Below the pieces are notes generated by a model. It worked only from the letters and a program-made list of their open reading frames with translations, had not been told where the DNA came from and did no database searches. Below, piece by piece: positions 1 to 9,836 of a DNA stretch of 64,000 nucleotides; within the stretch, counting starts at the first letter, position 1; every line of letters begins with the position of its first letter. The DNA is taken from NCBI GenBank assembly GCA_964244655.1, contig CAXTJU010000004.1, positions 2,516 through 66,515 of the forward strand, in the 5' to 3' direction. The stretch comes from an uncultured Acetobacteraceae bacterium (GTDB taxonomy: Bacteria; Pseudomonadota; Alphaproteobacteria; Acetobacterales; Acetobacteraceae). Position numbers and translations under genes: made by a program.

Positions 1-672
1 GAGGGCGCAATCCCCCACCGTCCGCGTCATCGGCCCGGCAGCGGCCACGTGGGCAAAGGCGCCGAGCGGCCATTGCGGCACCCGGCCGAACGTCGGCTTC
101 AGCCCGACCAGCCCGCACCAGGCCGCCGGGATGCGGACGGAGCCGCCGGCGTCGGTGCCGACGTGCAGCGGCCCGAAGCACGCCGCCCCCGCCGCGCCCG
201 CGCCGCACGAGGAACCGCCGGGGGTGCGGCTGGTGTCCCACGGGTTGCGGGTGATGCCGTGCAGCGGCGAGTCGCCCGGCGTCTTCCAGCCGTATTCCGT
301 GGTGGTGGTCTTGCCGACGATCACCGCGCCGGCATGCTTCAGCGCGGTGGCGACGGGCGCATCCTCCGTCACCGGGGCGGCGCTGGTCAGGCGGCTGCCG
401 CGCCGGGTGGGGAAGCCGGCGAGGTTGATCAGGTCCTTCACCGTGCAGGGTACGCCGTCCAGCGGGCCGAGCGGCCGGCCGGCCCGCCAGCGCGCGGCGC
501 TCTGGCCCGCCGCCTCCAGCGCCTTCGGGTTCAGCACGGCGAAGGCGTTGAGCTGCGGGTTGAACCGCGCGATCCGTTCCGTGACCGCTTGCAGCGCCTC
601 CACCGGGCTTAAGCTGCCGCGCCGGTAGTGCAGCAGCAGTTGCTCCGCCGGCATCAGGGCCGGGTCGGTCAA
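1..672 (-). CDS. Amidase (amidase-signature family), 3' end runs off the window
   Basis: Not in ORF track. Manual minus-strand translation gives VKDL..AGFPTRRGS, GKTTTTEYGW, TPGGSSCGAA, GTDAGGSVRIPAAWCGLVGLKPT. TTG start at 672 overlaps the upstream stop; alternative ATG at 654. Confidence 0.9.
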   Translation of the reverse strand, partial: MTDPALMPAEQLLLHYRRGSLSPVEALQAVTERIARFNPQLNAFAVLNPKALEAAGQSAARWRAGRPLGPLDGVPCTVKDLINLAGFPTRRGSRLTSAAPVTEDAPVATALKHAGAVIVGKTTTTEYGWKTPGDSPLHGITRNPWDTSRTPGGSSCGAGAAGAACFGPLHVGTDAGGSVRIPAAWCGLVGLKPTFGRVPQWPLGAFAHVAAAGPMTRTVGDCAL

Positions 673-917
673 TTGGTGCACACGCTCGGGATGCCGTCGC
701 CGGCCTGGGGCACCTGCACGCCGGGCATGGGGCGGAAGCCGTGCGCCTGGCAGGCGGACAGGCACGCGCGCGACACCAGGAAGCCGCCCGAGCCGGCCAG
801 CGCGTCGGGCAGCTGGCAATCGACCGAGGCCCCGGTGCGCGGGTTGATCATCACCAGCTGGGGCCGGCTGGCGCACCCGGCGGTGGCGAGCAGCAGCAGC
901 AGGGCCGCCCGCCTCAT
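669..917 (-). CDS. Small Cys-rich lipoprotein (82 aa)
   Basis: MRRAALLLLLATAGC lipobox-like signal plus 4 more Cys. ATGA overlap with the ggt stop and overlap with the amidase start place it inside the operon. Confidence 0.75.
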   Translation of the reverse strand: MRRAALLLLLATAGCASRPQLVMINPRTGASVDCQLPDALAGSGGFLVSRACLSACQAHGFRPMPGVQVPQAGDGIPSVCTN

Positions 918-2473
918 GCCTGCGCCACGGCGGCCGACCAAGGGGACATCACGTCGCTGATACCGATGCATTCGCCACTCCGGTGGAGGATCAGGTTGGG
1001 GCAGGCGAAGTTGGCCGGCAGCACGCCGTGCTCCACGGCCTCGACCGGCCCGGCGGCGGCCAGGGCGTCCAGCACCGCGGCCGGCAGGCGGCGGTCCGCG
1101 GTGACGCCGTGCGGGCCGGACACGTCGATACGGGGGTGGTGCACGGCGGCGGCCGGGTCCATGCCGAAGTCGAGCACGAAGGCGAGCGCCTGCGCCACGG
1201 CGGCCATGATGCGCCGCCCGCCGGACGCGCCCGCGGCCAGCACCGGCGCGCCCGCCGCATCGCACACGATCACCGGGCACATGTTGGTCAGCGCGCGCTT
1301 GCCGGGCCCTGGCGAGTTCGGCTGGTCCGGCCGGGGATCGAACCACATCGCGCCGTTGTTCATCAGCACGCCGGAGCGCGGCAGCACCACCTGGCTGCCC
1401 ATGGAGGACAGCAGCGTGCTGGTGAGCGCCACCATCGTGCCCGCCGCGTCCCGCACCGTCAGGTGGGTGGTGCAGGTCGCCGCCGCCTCCCCCAGCCCGG
1501 CGAGGCGCTCGGCGTAGGCGGCCTGCATGGCGCGGGCCAGGGCAGCGAACCACGGCCCGTCCGGCGCCGCGCCGCGCGGCACGTCCCGCATCACGTCGAG
1601 CACGCGGCTGAAGGTGGGCGCTGCGGTCAGCCCGGCGGCGAGCTGAACGGCGTGGCCACGCCAGGGCACCGCGGCCGCGGGCACGACCCGCGTCTCGCAC
1701 CGCGCCAGGTCGGCTGGCGTGAGCAGGCTGCCGGCGGCCTGGCAATCGGCGGCCAGGGCGGCGGCCACCTCCCCCTCGTAGAAGTCCCGCAGCCCGGCCC
1801 GGGCCAGGCGGTCCAGCGTGTCCGCCAGGCGGCCGAGCGGCAGGTACCTCGGCGCACTGCCGGGCGCCACTGGCGGCAGGCCACCCGGCAGGTAGATTGC
1901 GGCGCTGTCCGGATACAGTCGCAGCAAGGCGGCGCACTGGGCGATCTTGAGCGTGGCGAACCAGTCCAGCGGCAGCCCGCGCCGGGCCAGGGCGAGCGCG
2001 GGCGCCATCACCTCCGACAGCGGCAGCACGCCCCAGCGCCCGTGCATGTGCGCGTAGCCGGCGACGGCGGACGGCACGGCGAAGGAGAGCGGCCCGTGGA
2101 TGTTGGCGTCGTGCTCCACCTCCGGCCAGGTGAACAGGTCCGCCTTGGTGCGCCCGGTGAGGCGGAAGCTGTCCGGGCGCAAGGCGGCGGGCGCCACGGG
2201 GCCGAAATCCACCGTCTCGGCGGCGCGCTGCCCGGCGCGGTGCACCAGGGCGAAGCCGGTCCCGCCCAGCCCGGAGTTCCACGGCTCCACCGCGGCCAGC
2301 GCCAGGGCCGTGCCGACGGCTGCATCCACCGCGTTGCCGCCCGCGTCCAGGATGGCGACCCCGGCCAGCGCGGCGTCCCGCGCCTGGGCCACCGCCATGC
2401 CCCGCGACCCGGCGGCGGCCGGCTTGGCGACGGACCAGTGCTGGGTGAGGTGCGGCTGCGGCTCGAACGGCAT
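914..2473 (-). CDS. ggt: Gamma-glutamyltransferase family protein
   Basis: GGNAVDAAV, SGLGG, nucleophile segment TTHLTVRD, LMNNG, GASGGRRI motifs. Confidence 0.9.
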   Translation of the reverse strand: MPFEPQPHLTQHWSVAKPAAAGSRGMAVAQARDAALAGVAILDAGGNAVDAAVGTALALAAVEPWNSGLGGTGFALVHRAGQRAAETVDFGPVAPAALRPDSFRLTGRTKADLFTWPEVEHDANIHGPLSFAVPSAVAGYAHMHGRWGVLPLSEVMAPALALARRGLPLDWFATLKIAQCAALLRLYPDSAAIYLPGGLPPVAPGSAPRYLPLGRLADTLDRLARAGLRDFYEGEVAAALAADCQAAGSLLTPADLARCETRVVPAAAVPWRGHAVQLAAGLTAAPTFSRVLDVMRDVPRGAAPDGPWFAALARAMQAAYAERLAGLGEAAATCTTHLTVRDAAGTMVALTSTLLSSMGSQVVLPRSGVLMNNGAMWFDPRPDQPNSPGPGKRALTNMCPVIVCDAAGAPVLAAGASGGRRIMAAVAQALAFVLDFGMDPAAAVHHPRIDVSGPHGVTADRRLPAAVLDALAAAGPVEAVEHGVLPANFACPNLILHRSGECIGISDVMSPWSAAVAQA

Positions 2474-2564
2474 GGCCGGAGGCTAGACGGCCTGGCCCGG
2501 CCTTCCTAGCAGGGACGCTGTAAAAGTCCCGGGGGTGGGACGGCCAGGCTCCGCCTTGATCCTC

Positions 2565-2604
2565 ATCTCGGCAGCCGCCTAACGATCTCGGCAGCCGCCT
2601 AACG
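2565..2604. repeat. Perfect 20-bp tandem duplication ATCTCGGCAGCCGCCTAACG x2
   Basis: Read directly at 2565-2584 and 2585-2604; spans the stop codon of the 131-aa gene. Confidence 0.95.
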
Positions 2605-2994
2605 GCGATCCAGCAGCAGCGTGGCTGCCACGATGGACAGCGTGCGGCACGCCGCCACCACCGCCACCAGCCACAACCCGTCCACGATCAGGGACCCGGC
2701 GGAGTAGTACCGCCCGGCGGCATAGATCTCGTGCGGCACCCGGCTGCGCACCGTTTGCAGCAGCTCGGCCGCCGGCCCGTCCAGCGTGAGCGCGTCCAGC
2801 CCGCGGGGGATCGCCCACCATGCGGCGCCGGCCAGCAGCAGCAGCGGGGCGAACAGCTCGGCCAGGTGCTCGGCGAACACCAGGGCCATGTTGGCCACCG
2901 ACCAGGCCGCCAGCCGGGCCAGCTGCGCCGGTTCCGGCAGCGCCCAGGGGTCCGGAGCCGCCGTGTCCTGGGCCTCCACACGGGTGTAGCTCAT
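2599..2994 (-). CDS. Hypothetical membrane protein (131 aa)
   Basis: GGAGG RBS before ATG, hydrophobic helices, coding-like codon use. Confidence 0.7.
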   Translation of the reverse strand: MSYTRVEAQDTAAPDPWALPEPAQLARLAAWSVANMALVFAEHLAELFAPLLLLAGAAWWAIPRGLDALTLDGPAAELLQTVRSRVPHEIYAAGRYYSAGSLIVDGLWLVAVVAACRTLSIVAATLLLDRR

Positions 2995-3207
2995 CCTGTC
3001 CTCCGCAGCAGTGGGCCGGGATTAGCGAGGCCGGGCCGCGAACGCCACCCCGGAGCGCAGGGAGGCGCGGCCAGCCAGTGTCACTTGGGGAACACGATGC
3101 GCCAGCATCTTCGCAGCCGGATCAACATCCGGTTGACCTTCCGCGCATGGCGGAGGTTACCATAAGTTAACGCAACCAGAATGGCCGCAAGCATGAGGAA
3201 AGTCCGG

Positions 3208-4494
3208 ATGCCGCGAGCGAACCCGTCCATGATCGGCCGCAAGGCATGGCTGCTGGCCGGCGGCGCCCTCGCGCTGGTCGCCGCCCGGCCTGCGGCCGCA
3301 GCGCCGCAGTATCAGCTGTCCGGCACGATCGCCATCCCGGTCACAAGCTCCAACCCAGGCACGACGTTCTCCGGCTACGACACCAGCGTGTTCGACCCGA
3401 CCACCCAGCTCGACTACCTGACCGACCGGTCCAACAACGGCATCGACGTGTTCTCCGCCAAGACCAACAGCTTCGTGGAGCAGATCGGCGCCGGCGCCTT
3501 CACCGGCCTCGTGGGCGGCCTCACCAGCGGCGGCCCGAACGGGGTCAGCATCAACACCCTCGCCGATGGCAGCAAGCTGCTGGTGACCGGCAACGGGCCG
3601 AGCAACGTGCTGACCTTCAACCTCGCCGCCAACGGCACCACCGTGACCGGCCCCGCCCGCACCATCTCGACCAACCTGCCCGGCGCCACGCCGACCCGCG
3701 TTGACAGCGTGACCTACTCGCCCACCGCGAACACCATCCTCGCAGCCAACAACGTGGCTAATCCCGGCTACATCTCGCTGATCGACAACGCGACCGGCAC
3801 CGTCCGCCGGACCATCCTGCTGGACGGAACCAACGGCGCGCCGGATGCGGCGGGCACCGGCGTGGAGACGACGCTGTTCAACACCGCGCGGGGCACGTTC
3901 TTCGTCGCCGTGCCAGCGCTGACGGCGGCAGGCACGGATGCGGGCGGCGCCATCGAGGTGGACGCCACGACCGGAGACATCCTCAATACCTACAACTTCG
4001 ACACTCTTGGCCTGGGACCCAACGGCAGCTGCAACCCGACCGGGGCGGCGCAAGGCATGGGCGGCACCGTCATCTTCGGCTGCAGCAACGGCGGCACGCA
4101 GTCGATCATCCTCAACCCGGCCGGCGCCGGGTCGATCACGGTCGTGCCCGTGGTGAGCGGCAGCGACGAGCTGAGCTATGACCCGGCCACGAACCTCGCC
4201 TTCGAGGCGGACCGTGACGCGGCGGGCGGCCCGGTGCTCGGCATCTTCGATGTGGGCACGGCACTGCTCACACAAACGTTGCCTGTCACTTACAACGCCC
4301 ACTCCGTGGCGGTGGATCCCATCTCCGGCGAGGTGTTCGTCCCGTTCGACGCCTCCACCGCGACGAATCCGGACACGGTTTGCGCCTCCGGCTGCATCGC
4401 CGTGTTCACCCCCGTGCCGGAGCCGGCGACGCTGCCGGTGCTGGAAGTCGCCCTGGCCGGGGCCGGCGTGCTGGTGCGCCGCCGCCGCGCCTGA
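3208..4494 (+). CDS. PEP-CTERM-sorted secreted beta-propeller (YncE-like) protein
   Basis: Signal peptide ending ARPAAA; Gly/Thr/Asn-rich beta repeats; C-terminus VPEPATLPVLEVALAGAGVLVRRRRA. GAGGA RBS favours ATG 3208 (ORF open from 3181). Confidence 0.9.
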   Translation: MPRANPSMIGRKAWLLAGGALALVAARPAAAAPQYQLSGTIAIPVTSSNPGTTFSGYDTSVFDPTTQLDYLTDRSNNGIDVFSAKTNSFVEQIGAGAFTGLVGGLTSGGPNGVSINTLADGSKLLVTGNGPSNVLTFNLAANGTTVTGPARTISTNLPGATPTRVDSVTYSPTANTILAANNVANPGYISLIDNATGTVRRTILLDGTNGAPDAAGTGVETTLFNTARGTFFVAVPALTAAGTDAGGAIEVDATTGDILNTYNFDTLGLGPNGSCNPTGAAQGMGGTVIFGCSNGGTQSIILNPAGAGSITVVPVVSGSDELSYDPATNLAFEADRDAAGGPVLGIFDVGTALLTQTLPVTYNAHSVAVDPISGEVFVPFDASTATNPDTVCASGCIAVFTPVPEPATLPVLEVALAGAGVLVRRRRA

Positions 4495-4584
4495 CGAGGG
4501 TCTTGCGTCGGTTCAAGGCAGCTAGCTCGGAAGCGGCTTGCAGAAGGCTTGCGGACTGCCGGTTGTTTATGTTTTGTTCCGCGC

Positions 4585-4902
4585 ATGCCGTTCCCGAAAC
4601 TCGTTGCCAATGCAACAGATGCCGAAGCCCAGCAGGCCAGCGACGGGCGATCTCGCCGCGACGTGCCGCATCGCCTGCCCGACTTGAGCGCGAACCCCAC
4701 TTGTCTTGTCCACAAGCAGACCGATGCCCAGGCTAGGGCCGCCGCGGACAGCATCGAGTGCGAGGCGGAAGATGGCGGGAACGTCGAGGACTTGCTGGCC
4801 GAGCTGCTGAACTCGATAGAGTTCGGACACGACCAGGATCAATCGATCGAAGAGATCATCGCCGGTATCCGTCGGGACTTGGACCAGGGCATCCTGTTCT
4901 GA
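4585..4902 (+). CDS. Hypothetical acidic protein
   Basis: Open frame with an amphipathic acidic C-terminal half (EDLLAELLNSIEF...SIEEIIAGIRRDLDQGILF); start uncertain. Confidence 0.35.
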   Translation: MPFPKLVANATDAEAQQASDGRSRRDVPHRLPDLSANPTCLVHKQTDAQARAAADSIECEAEDGGNVEDLLAELLNSIEFGHDQDQSIEEIIAGIRRDLDQGILF

Positions 4903-5109
4903 TCGCCGCCGGGCAGGCGCCGCGCCTTGGCCAACCTGGCCGCGCCGCCTGAAGGCCTGCCGCTGCCGTTGCCGGCGCTTGCCTGTGCCCTCATCCCGGG
5001 CGGCATTGACGCAAAGGTGCCCCGCCGCGCAAAACCCCTGCACACAGGGGCGGCATGAACCAGTGCATGACAGGCTGGCAGGACTCCGTTCCGGACGGGC
5101 GCCCACGTG

Positions 5110-5571
5110 ATGGCGTATCTGGCCAAGGTGCTGCGCCCGGACGAGCAGGTGCTGTTCCAGGGCCGGCTGCACTGGGTGGTGTATGGGCCGGGTCTCGGCC
5201 TGCTGGCCGCGAGCTTCGCGCTGCTGCTGGCCGCATCCCTCATGATTGACGCCGACGCGCCGCTGATGGGCCTGGCTGCCCTGCTGGCGGCCGTGCTGGC
5301 GCTGTGCAGCCTGCTGTCCGCCGCGGTCCGCCGTGCCACGACGGAGATCGCGGTGACGGACCGCCGGGTCATCTACAAGACCGGCTGGCTGCGCCGCCGC
5401 ACCATGGAGATGAACGTCAGCAAGATCGAGACGGTGGACGTGCTGCAAGGCTTGGCGGCGCGCGCGTTCGGCTTCGGCACCGTGGTGATCCGCGGCACCG
5501 GCAGCAGCTTCGAGCCGCTGAGCCGGGTGGTGGACCCCTTGGGGTTGCGGAACGCGATCATGGTGGGGTGA
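5110..5571 (+). CDS. PH-domain (bPH_2/YdbS-like) membrane protein
   Basis: Two TM helices followed by TEIAVTDRRVIYKTGWLRRRTMEM...KIETVDV..GFGTVVIRGTG. Confidence 0.85.
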   Translation: MAYLAKVLRPDEQVLFQGRLHWVVYGPGLGLLAASFALLLAASLMIDADAPLMGLAALLAAVLALCSLLSAAVRRATTEIAVTDRRVIYKTGWLRRRTMEMNVSKIETVDVLQGLAARAFGFGTVVIRGTGSSFEPLSRVVDPLGLRNAIMVG

Positions 5572-5693
5572 GGGCGGATCACCGCAAAGCCTGCTGGAGC
5601 AGGCTGGCGTAATCAAGCTGGTTGGCTGGCCTCAAGACAATTCGTTGCGGCAGCGACGAACGGCCGTCGCCGCTCCGCGCTCGGTTGGGCCAG

Positions 5694-6089
5694 CTATCGA
5701 TCTGTCGCAGGCCCATGCATTGGCCGTTGCTGGGCTTCGTCCAATCGTTGGGCAAGGTCGGCCAGCTGCGACTGCAATGTCAGGACCATGCCGTTCATGC
5801 CGGTCAAAGTCCTCTGCACCGTGCGGACTTGCACGCTCTCGGCATTGATCCCGGAGCGGATAGCATCTTGCAGCATGGCGAGCTGTGCTTCGCGCGCGGT
5901 CAGTTGGTCCAGGATGCTGCCCACCTGCTCCACGTTCTGCGCCAAGCTGGCCGACAATCCTTCCACCCTGTTTTCCAGCCGCTCAAACTTGGCCATGACC
6001 GCGGTGCGGAAATCCAGCATCTCCCGCCTTTGATCCTGCTGCCCATGCTCCAGCCGATCGAGGATTTCGAGCAATTTGCCGTCGTCCAT
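5694..6089 (-). CDS. Hypothetical coiled-coil protein (131 aa)
   Basis: GAGGAG RBS; heptad L/V periodicity throughout. Confidence 0.7.
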   Translation of the reverse strand: MDDGKLLEILDRLEHGQQDQRREMLDFRTAVMAKFERLENRVEGLSASLAQNVEQVGSILDQLTAREAQLAMLQDAIRSGINAESVQVRTVQRTLTGMNGMVLTLQSQLADLAQRLDEAQQRPMHGPATDR

Positions 6090-6208
6090 GCACTTCTCCT
6101 CGCTCCGTTATACCATGAAACCCGGGCGAACCGCCTTCCCGGCAAACTCGGTTTAGAATCCCTGCCATACCGGCTATCCTGTCCCGTCCTCTGCCCGCGA
6201 GCCGTCCG

Positions 6209-7306
6209 ATGACCAAGCCCACCCGCCGCCCCGCCAACCCCTGCTTCTCCTCCGGCCCCTGCGCCAAGCGCCCCGGCTGGAGCGCCGCCGGGCTCGACAC
6301 CGCCATGCTCGGCCGCAGCCATCGCGCCCCCGCAGCCAAGGCGTTGCTGGCTCAAGTCATCGACCGCTCCGCCGCCCTGCTCGGGATGCCCGCGGAGTGG
6401 CAGCTCGGCATCGTCCCCGCCTCCGACACCGGCGCGGTCGAGATGGCGATGTGGTCGCTGCTCGGCCCCCGCCCGGTCGATGTGCTGGCGTTCGAGAGCT
6501 TCTCCGCGCTGTGGGCTGCCGACATCACCGGGCAGCTGCGCCTGCCCGGCGCCCGCACCCTGTCCGCGGCCTACGGCGCCCTGCCCGACCTCCAGGCCAT
6601 CGACCCGGCGCATGACGTCGTGCTCGCCTGGAACGGCACCACCTCCGGCGTGCGCCTGCTGGACGGACCGTGGCTGCGGCGCGGCGAGGGCCTGGTGATC
6701 TGCGACGCCACCTCCGCCGCCTTTGCCATGGACCTGCCATGGGACCGGCTCGATGTGGTCACCTGGTCCTGGCAGAAGGCGCTCGGCGGCGAGGCGGCGC
6801 ACGGCATGCTGGCGCTCTCCCCCCGCGCGCTGGCCCGGCTGGAGCAGCATGCCCCGGCCTGGCCGATGCCCAAGATTTTCCGCGTGACGCCAGGGCTGTT
6901 CCGCGGCGAGACGATCAACACGCCCTCCATGCTCTGCGTGGCGGACGCGCTGGACGGGCTGGCCTGGGCGGAGCGGCAAGGGGGGCTGCCGGGGCTGGTC
7001 CGCCGGACGGAGGCGAACCTCGCCGCGGTGGCGGCCTGGCAGGCGCGCTCGCCCTGGGCGTCGTTCCTCGCGGACGACCCGGCGCACCGCTCGCCCACCG
7101 CCATCTGCCTGCGCGCCGCGGCCGGCAAGCAGGTCGCGGCCCTGCTGGACGCGGAGGGAGTCGCATTCGACATCGCCAGCTACCGCGACGCGCCGCCGGG
7201 CCTGCGCCTGTGGGGCGGCGCCACGGTCGAGACGGCAGACATCGAGGCGCTGCTGCCCTGGCTGGATTGGGCGCACGCTTCTGTCCAGTCGCCGGCGATG
7301 GCATAA
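6209..7306 (+). CDS. serC: Phosphoserine aminotransferase (alphaproteobacterial type)
   Basis: FSSGPCAKRPGW, GRSHR, SDTGAVEMAMWSLLG, WNGTTSG, DATSAAFA, SWQKALGGE motifs. Confidence 0.93.
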   Translation: MTKPTRRPANPCFSSGPCAKRPGWSAAGLDTAMLGRSHRAPAAKALLAQVIDRSAALLGMPAEWQLGIVPASDTGAVEMAMWSLLGPRPVDVLAFESFSALWAADITGQLRLPGARTLSAAYGALPDLQAIDPAHDVVLAWNGTTSGVRLLDGPWLRRGEGLVICDATSAAFAMDLPWDRLDVVTWSWQKALGGEAAHGMLALSPRALARLEQHAPAWPMPKIFRVTPGLFRGETINTPSMLCVADALDGLAWAERQGGLPGLVRRTEANLAAVAAWQARSPWASFLADDPAHRSPTAICLRAAAGKQVAALLDAEGVAFDIASYRDAPPGLRLWGGATVETADIEALLPWLDWAHASVQSPAMA

Positions 7307-7315
7307 CCCGCTGCG

Positions 7316-8467
7316 ATGCCCGACACCGTCCCCGACGCGATGGCCAACCCCGCCCTGCTGCCCGCCGGGCTGCGCGACCTGCTGCCGCCGGACGCGGACA
7401 CCGAGGCGCTGGCGGTCGAGACCGTGATGGCCGCCTTCGCCGCCCACGGCTACGAGCGCATCAAGCCGCCGCTGATCGAGTTCGAGGACGGGCTGCTCGC
7501 CGGGTCCGGCGCTGCGACGGCGGACCAGATCTTCCGGCTGATGGACCCGGACTCGCACCGCATGATGGGCGTGCGGGCGGACATGACGCCGCAGGTCGCC
7601 CGTATCGCCACCACCCGGCTGTCCGGCGCGCCGCGGCCGCTGCGGCTGAGCTATGCCGGGCAGTGCCTGCGGGTGCGCGGCAGCCAGATCGCGCCCGACC
7701 GCCAGGTGGCGCAGGCCGGCATCGAGCTGATCGGCTGCGACAGCCTGGCCGCGGATGCCGAGATGGTGCTGGTCGGCGCGGAGGCGCTGGCCGCGCTGGG
7801 GCTGGCGCGGGCGAGCTTCGACCTCACCCTGCCCCGCCTGGCGCCGACGCTGCTGGACGAGGCGGGGATCAGCGGCCCGGCCCGGCAGGCGCTGTTGCGC
7901 GCGCTCGACCGCAAGGACGTGGCTTCCGTCCGGCAGCATGGCGGGGAGGCGGCCGGCATGCTCACCGCGCTGCTGCTCGCGGCGGGGCTGGCCGGGCCGG
8001 CGCTGCAACGGCTGGAGGCCCTGGCGCTGCCGCCGGGTTCCGCCGCGCTGTGCCGCCGCCTGGCCGATACGGTGCGGGCGATCGAGGCCCGCGCGCCCGC
8101 CCTCCGCCTGACCATCGACCCGCTGGAGTTCCGCGACCTGCCCTACCACACCGGCGTCTGCACGGGCGTGTATGCGCCGGGGCGGCATGAGGTGCTCGGC
8201 CGCGGCGGGCGCTACCTCTGCGGCGAGGACGAGCCCGCGACCGGGCTGACGCTGTACCCGGACGCCATCCTGCGCGCCTGCGCCGCCCCTTCCCCCCGGC
8301 TGCGGCTGTTCGTGCCGGTGGGCCACGACCACGCGGCCGCCGCCCGGTTGCGCGCGGAGGGCTACGCCACCGTGGCCGCGCTCGACCCGGTGGACGACCC
8401 GGCGGCGGAAGCGGCCCGCCTGCACTGCACGCACATCCTCCGCGGCGGGACCGCCGTCGCACTCTGA
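7316..8467 (+). CDS. hisZ: ATP phosphoribosyltransferase regulatory subunit
   Basis: LLPAGLRDLLP, LRADMTPQVAR-like, QAGIELIG, YHTG; located directly before purA. Confidence 0.92.
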   Translation: MPDTVPDAMANPALLPAGLRDLLPPDADTEALAVETVMAAFAAHGYERIKPPLIEFEDGLLAGSGAATADQIFRLMDPDSHRMMGVRADMTPQVARIATTRLSGAPRPLRLSYAGQCLRVRGSQIAPDRQVAQAGIELIGCDSLAADAEMVLVGAEALAALGLARASFDLTLPRLAPTLLDEAGISGPARQALLRALDRKDVASVRQHGGEAAGMLTALLLAAGLAGPALQRLEALALPPGSAALCRRLADTVRAIEARAPALRLTIDPLEFRDLPYHTGVCTGVYAPGRHEVLGRGGRYLCGEDEPATGLTLYPDAILRACAAPSPRLRLFVPVGHDHAAAARLRAEGYATVAALDPVDDPAAEAARLHCTHILRGGTAVAL

Positions 8468-8478
8468 AAGTCTGAAGC

Positions 8479-9768
<1,290 letters not shown>

Positions 9769-9836
9769 TCCTCGCTGGAAAGGCTTGGTTAACCTGACCC
9801 GGCCAGGATGGCCGGGCAACGCTCAGGTTTGCCAAG

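Noticed and set aside
2505-2540. TAGCAGGGACGCTGTAAAAGTCCC as an IS terminal repeat
   Set aside because: Only loose resemblance; no partner end or transposase in the window.
5005-5095. c-di-GMP-I riboswitch-like GACGCAAAG
   Set aside because: No upstream GGCAAA/GNRA stem; better explained as a TTGACG -35 promoter element.
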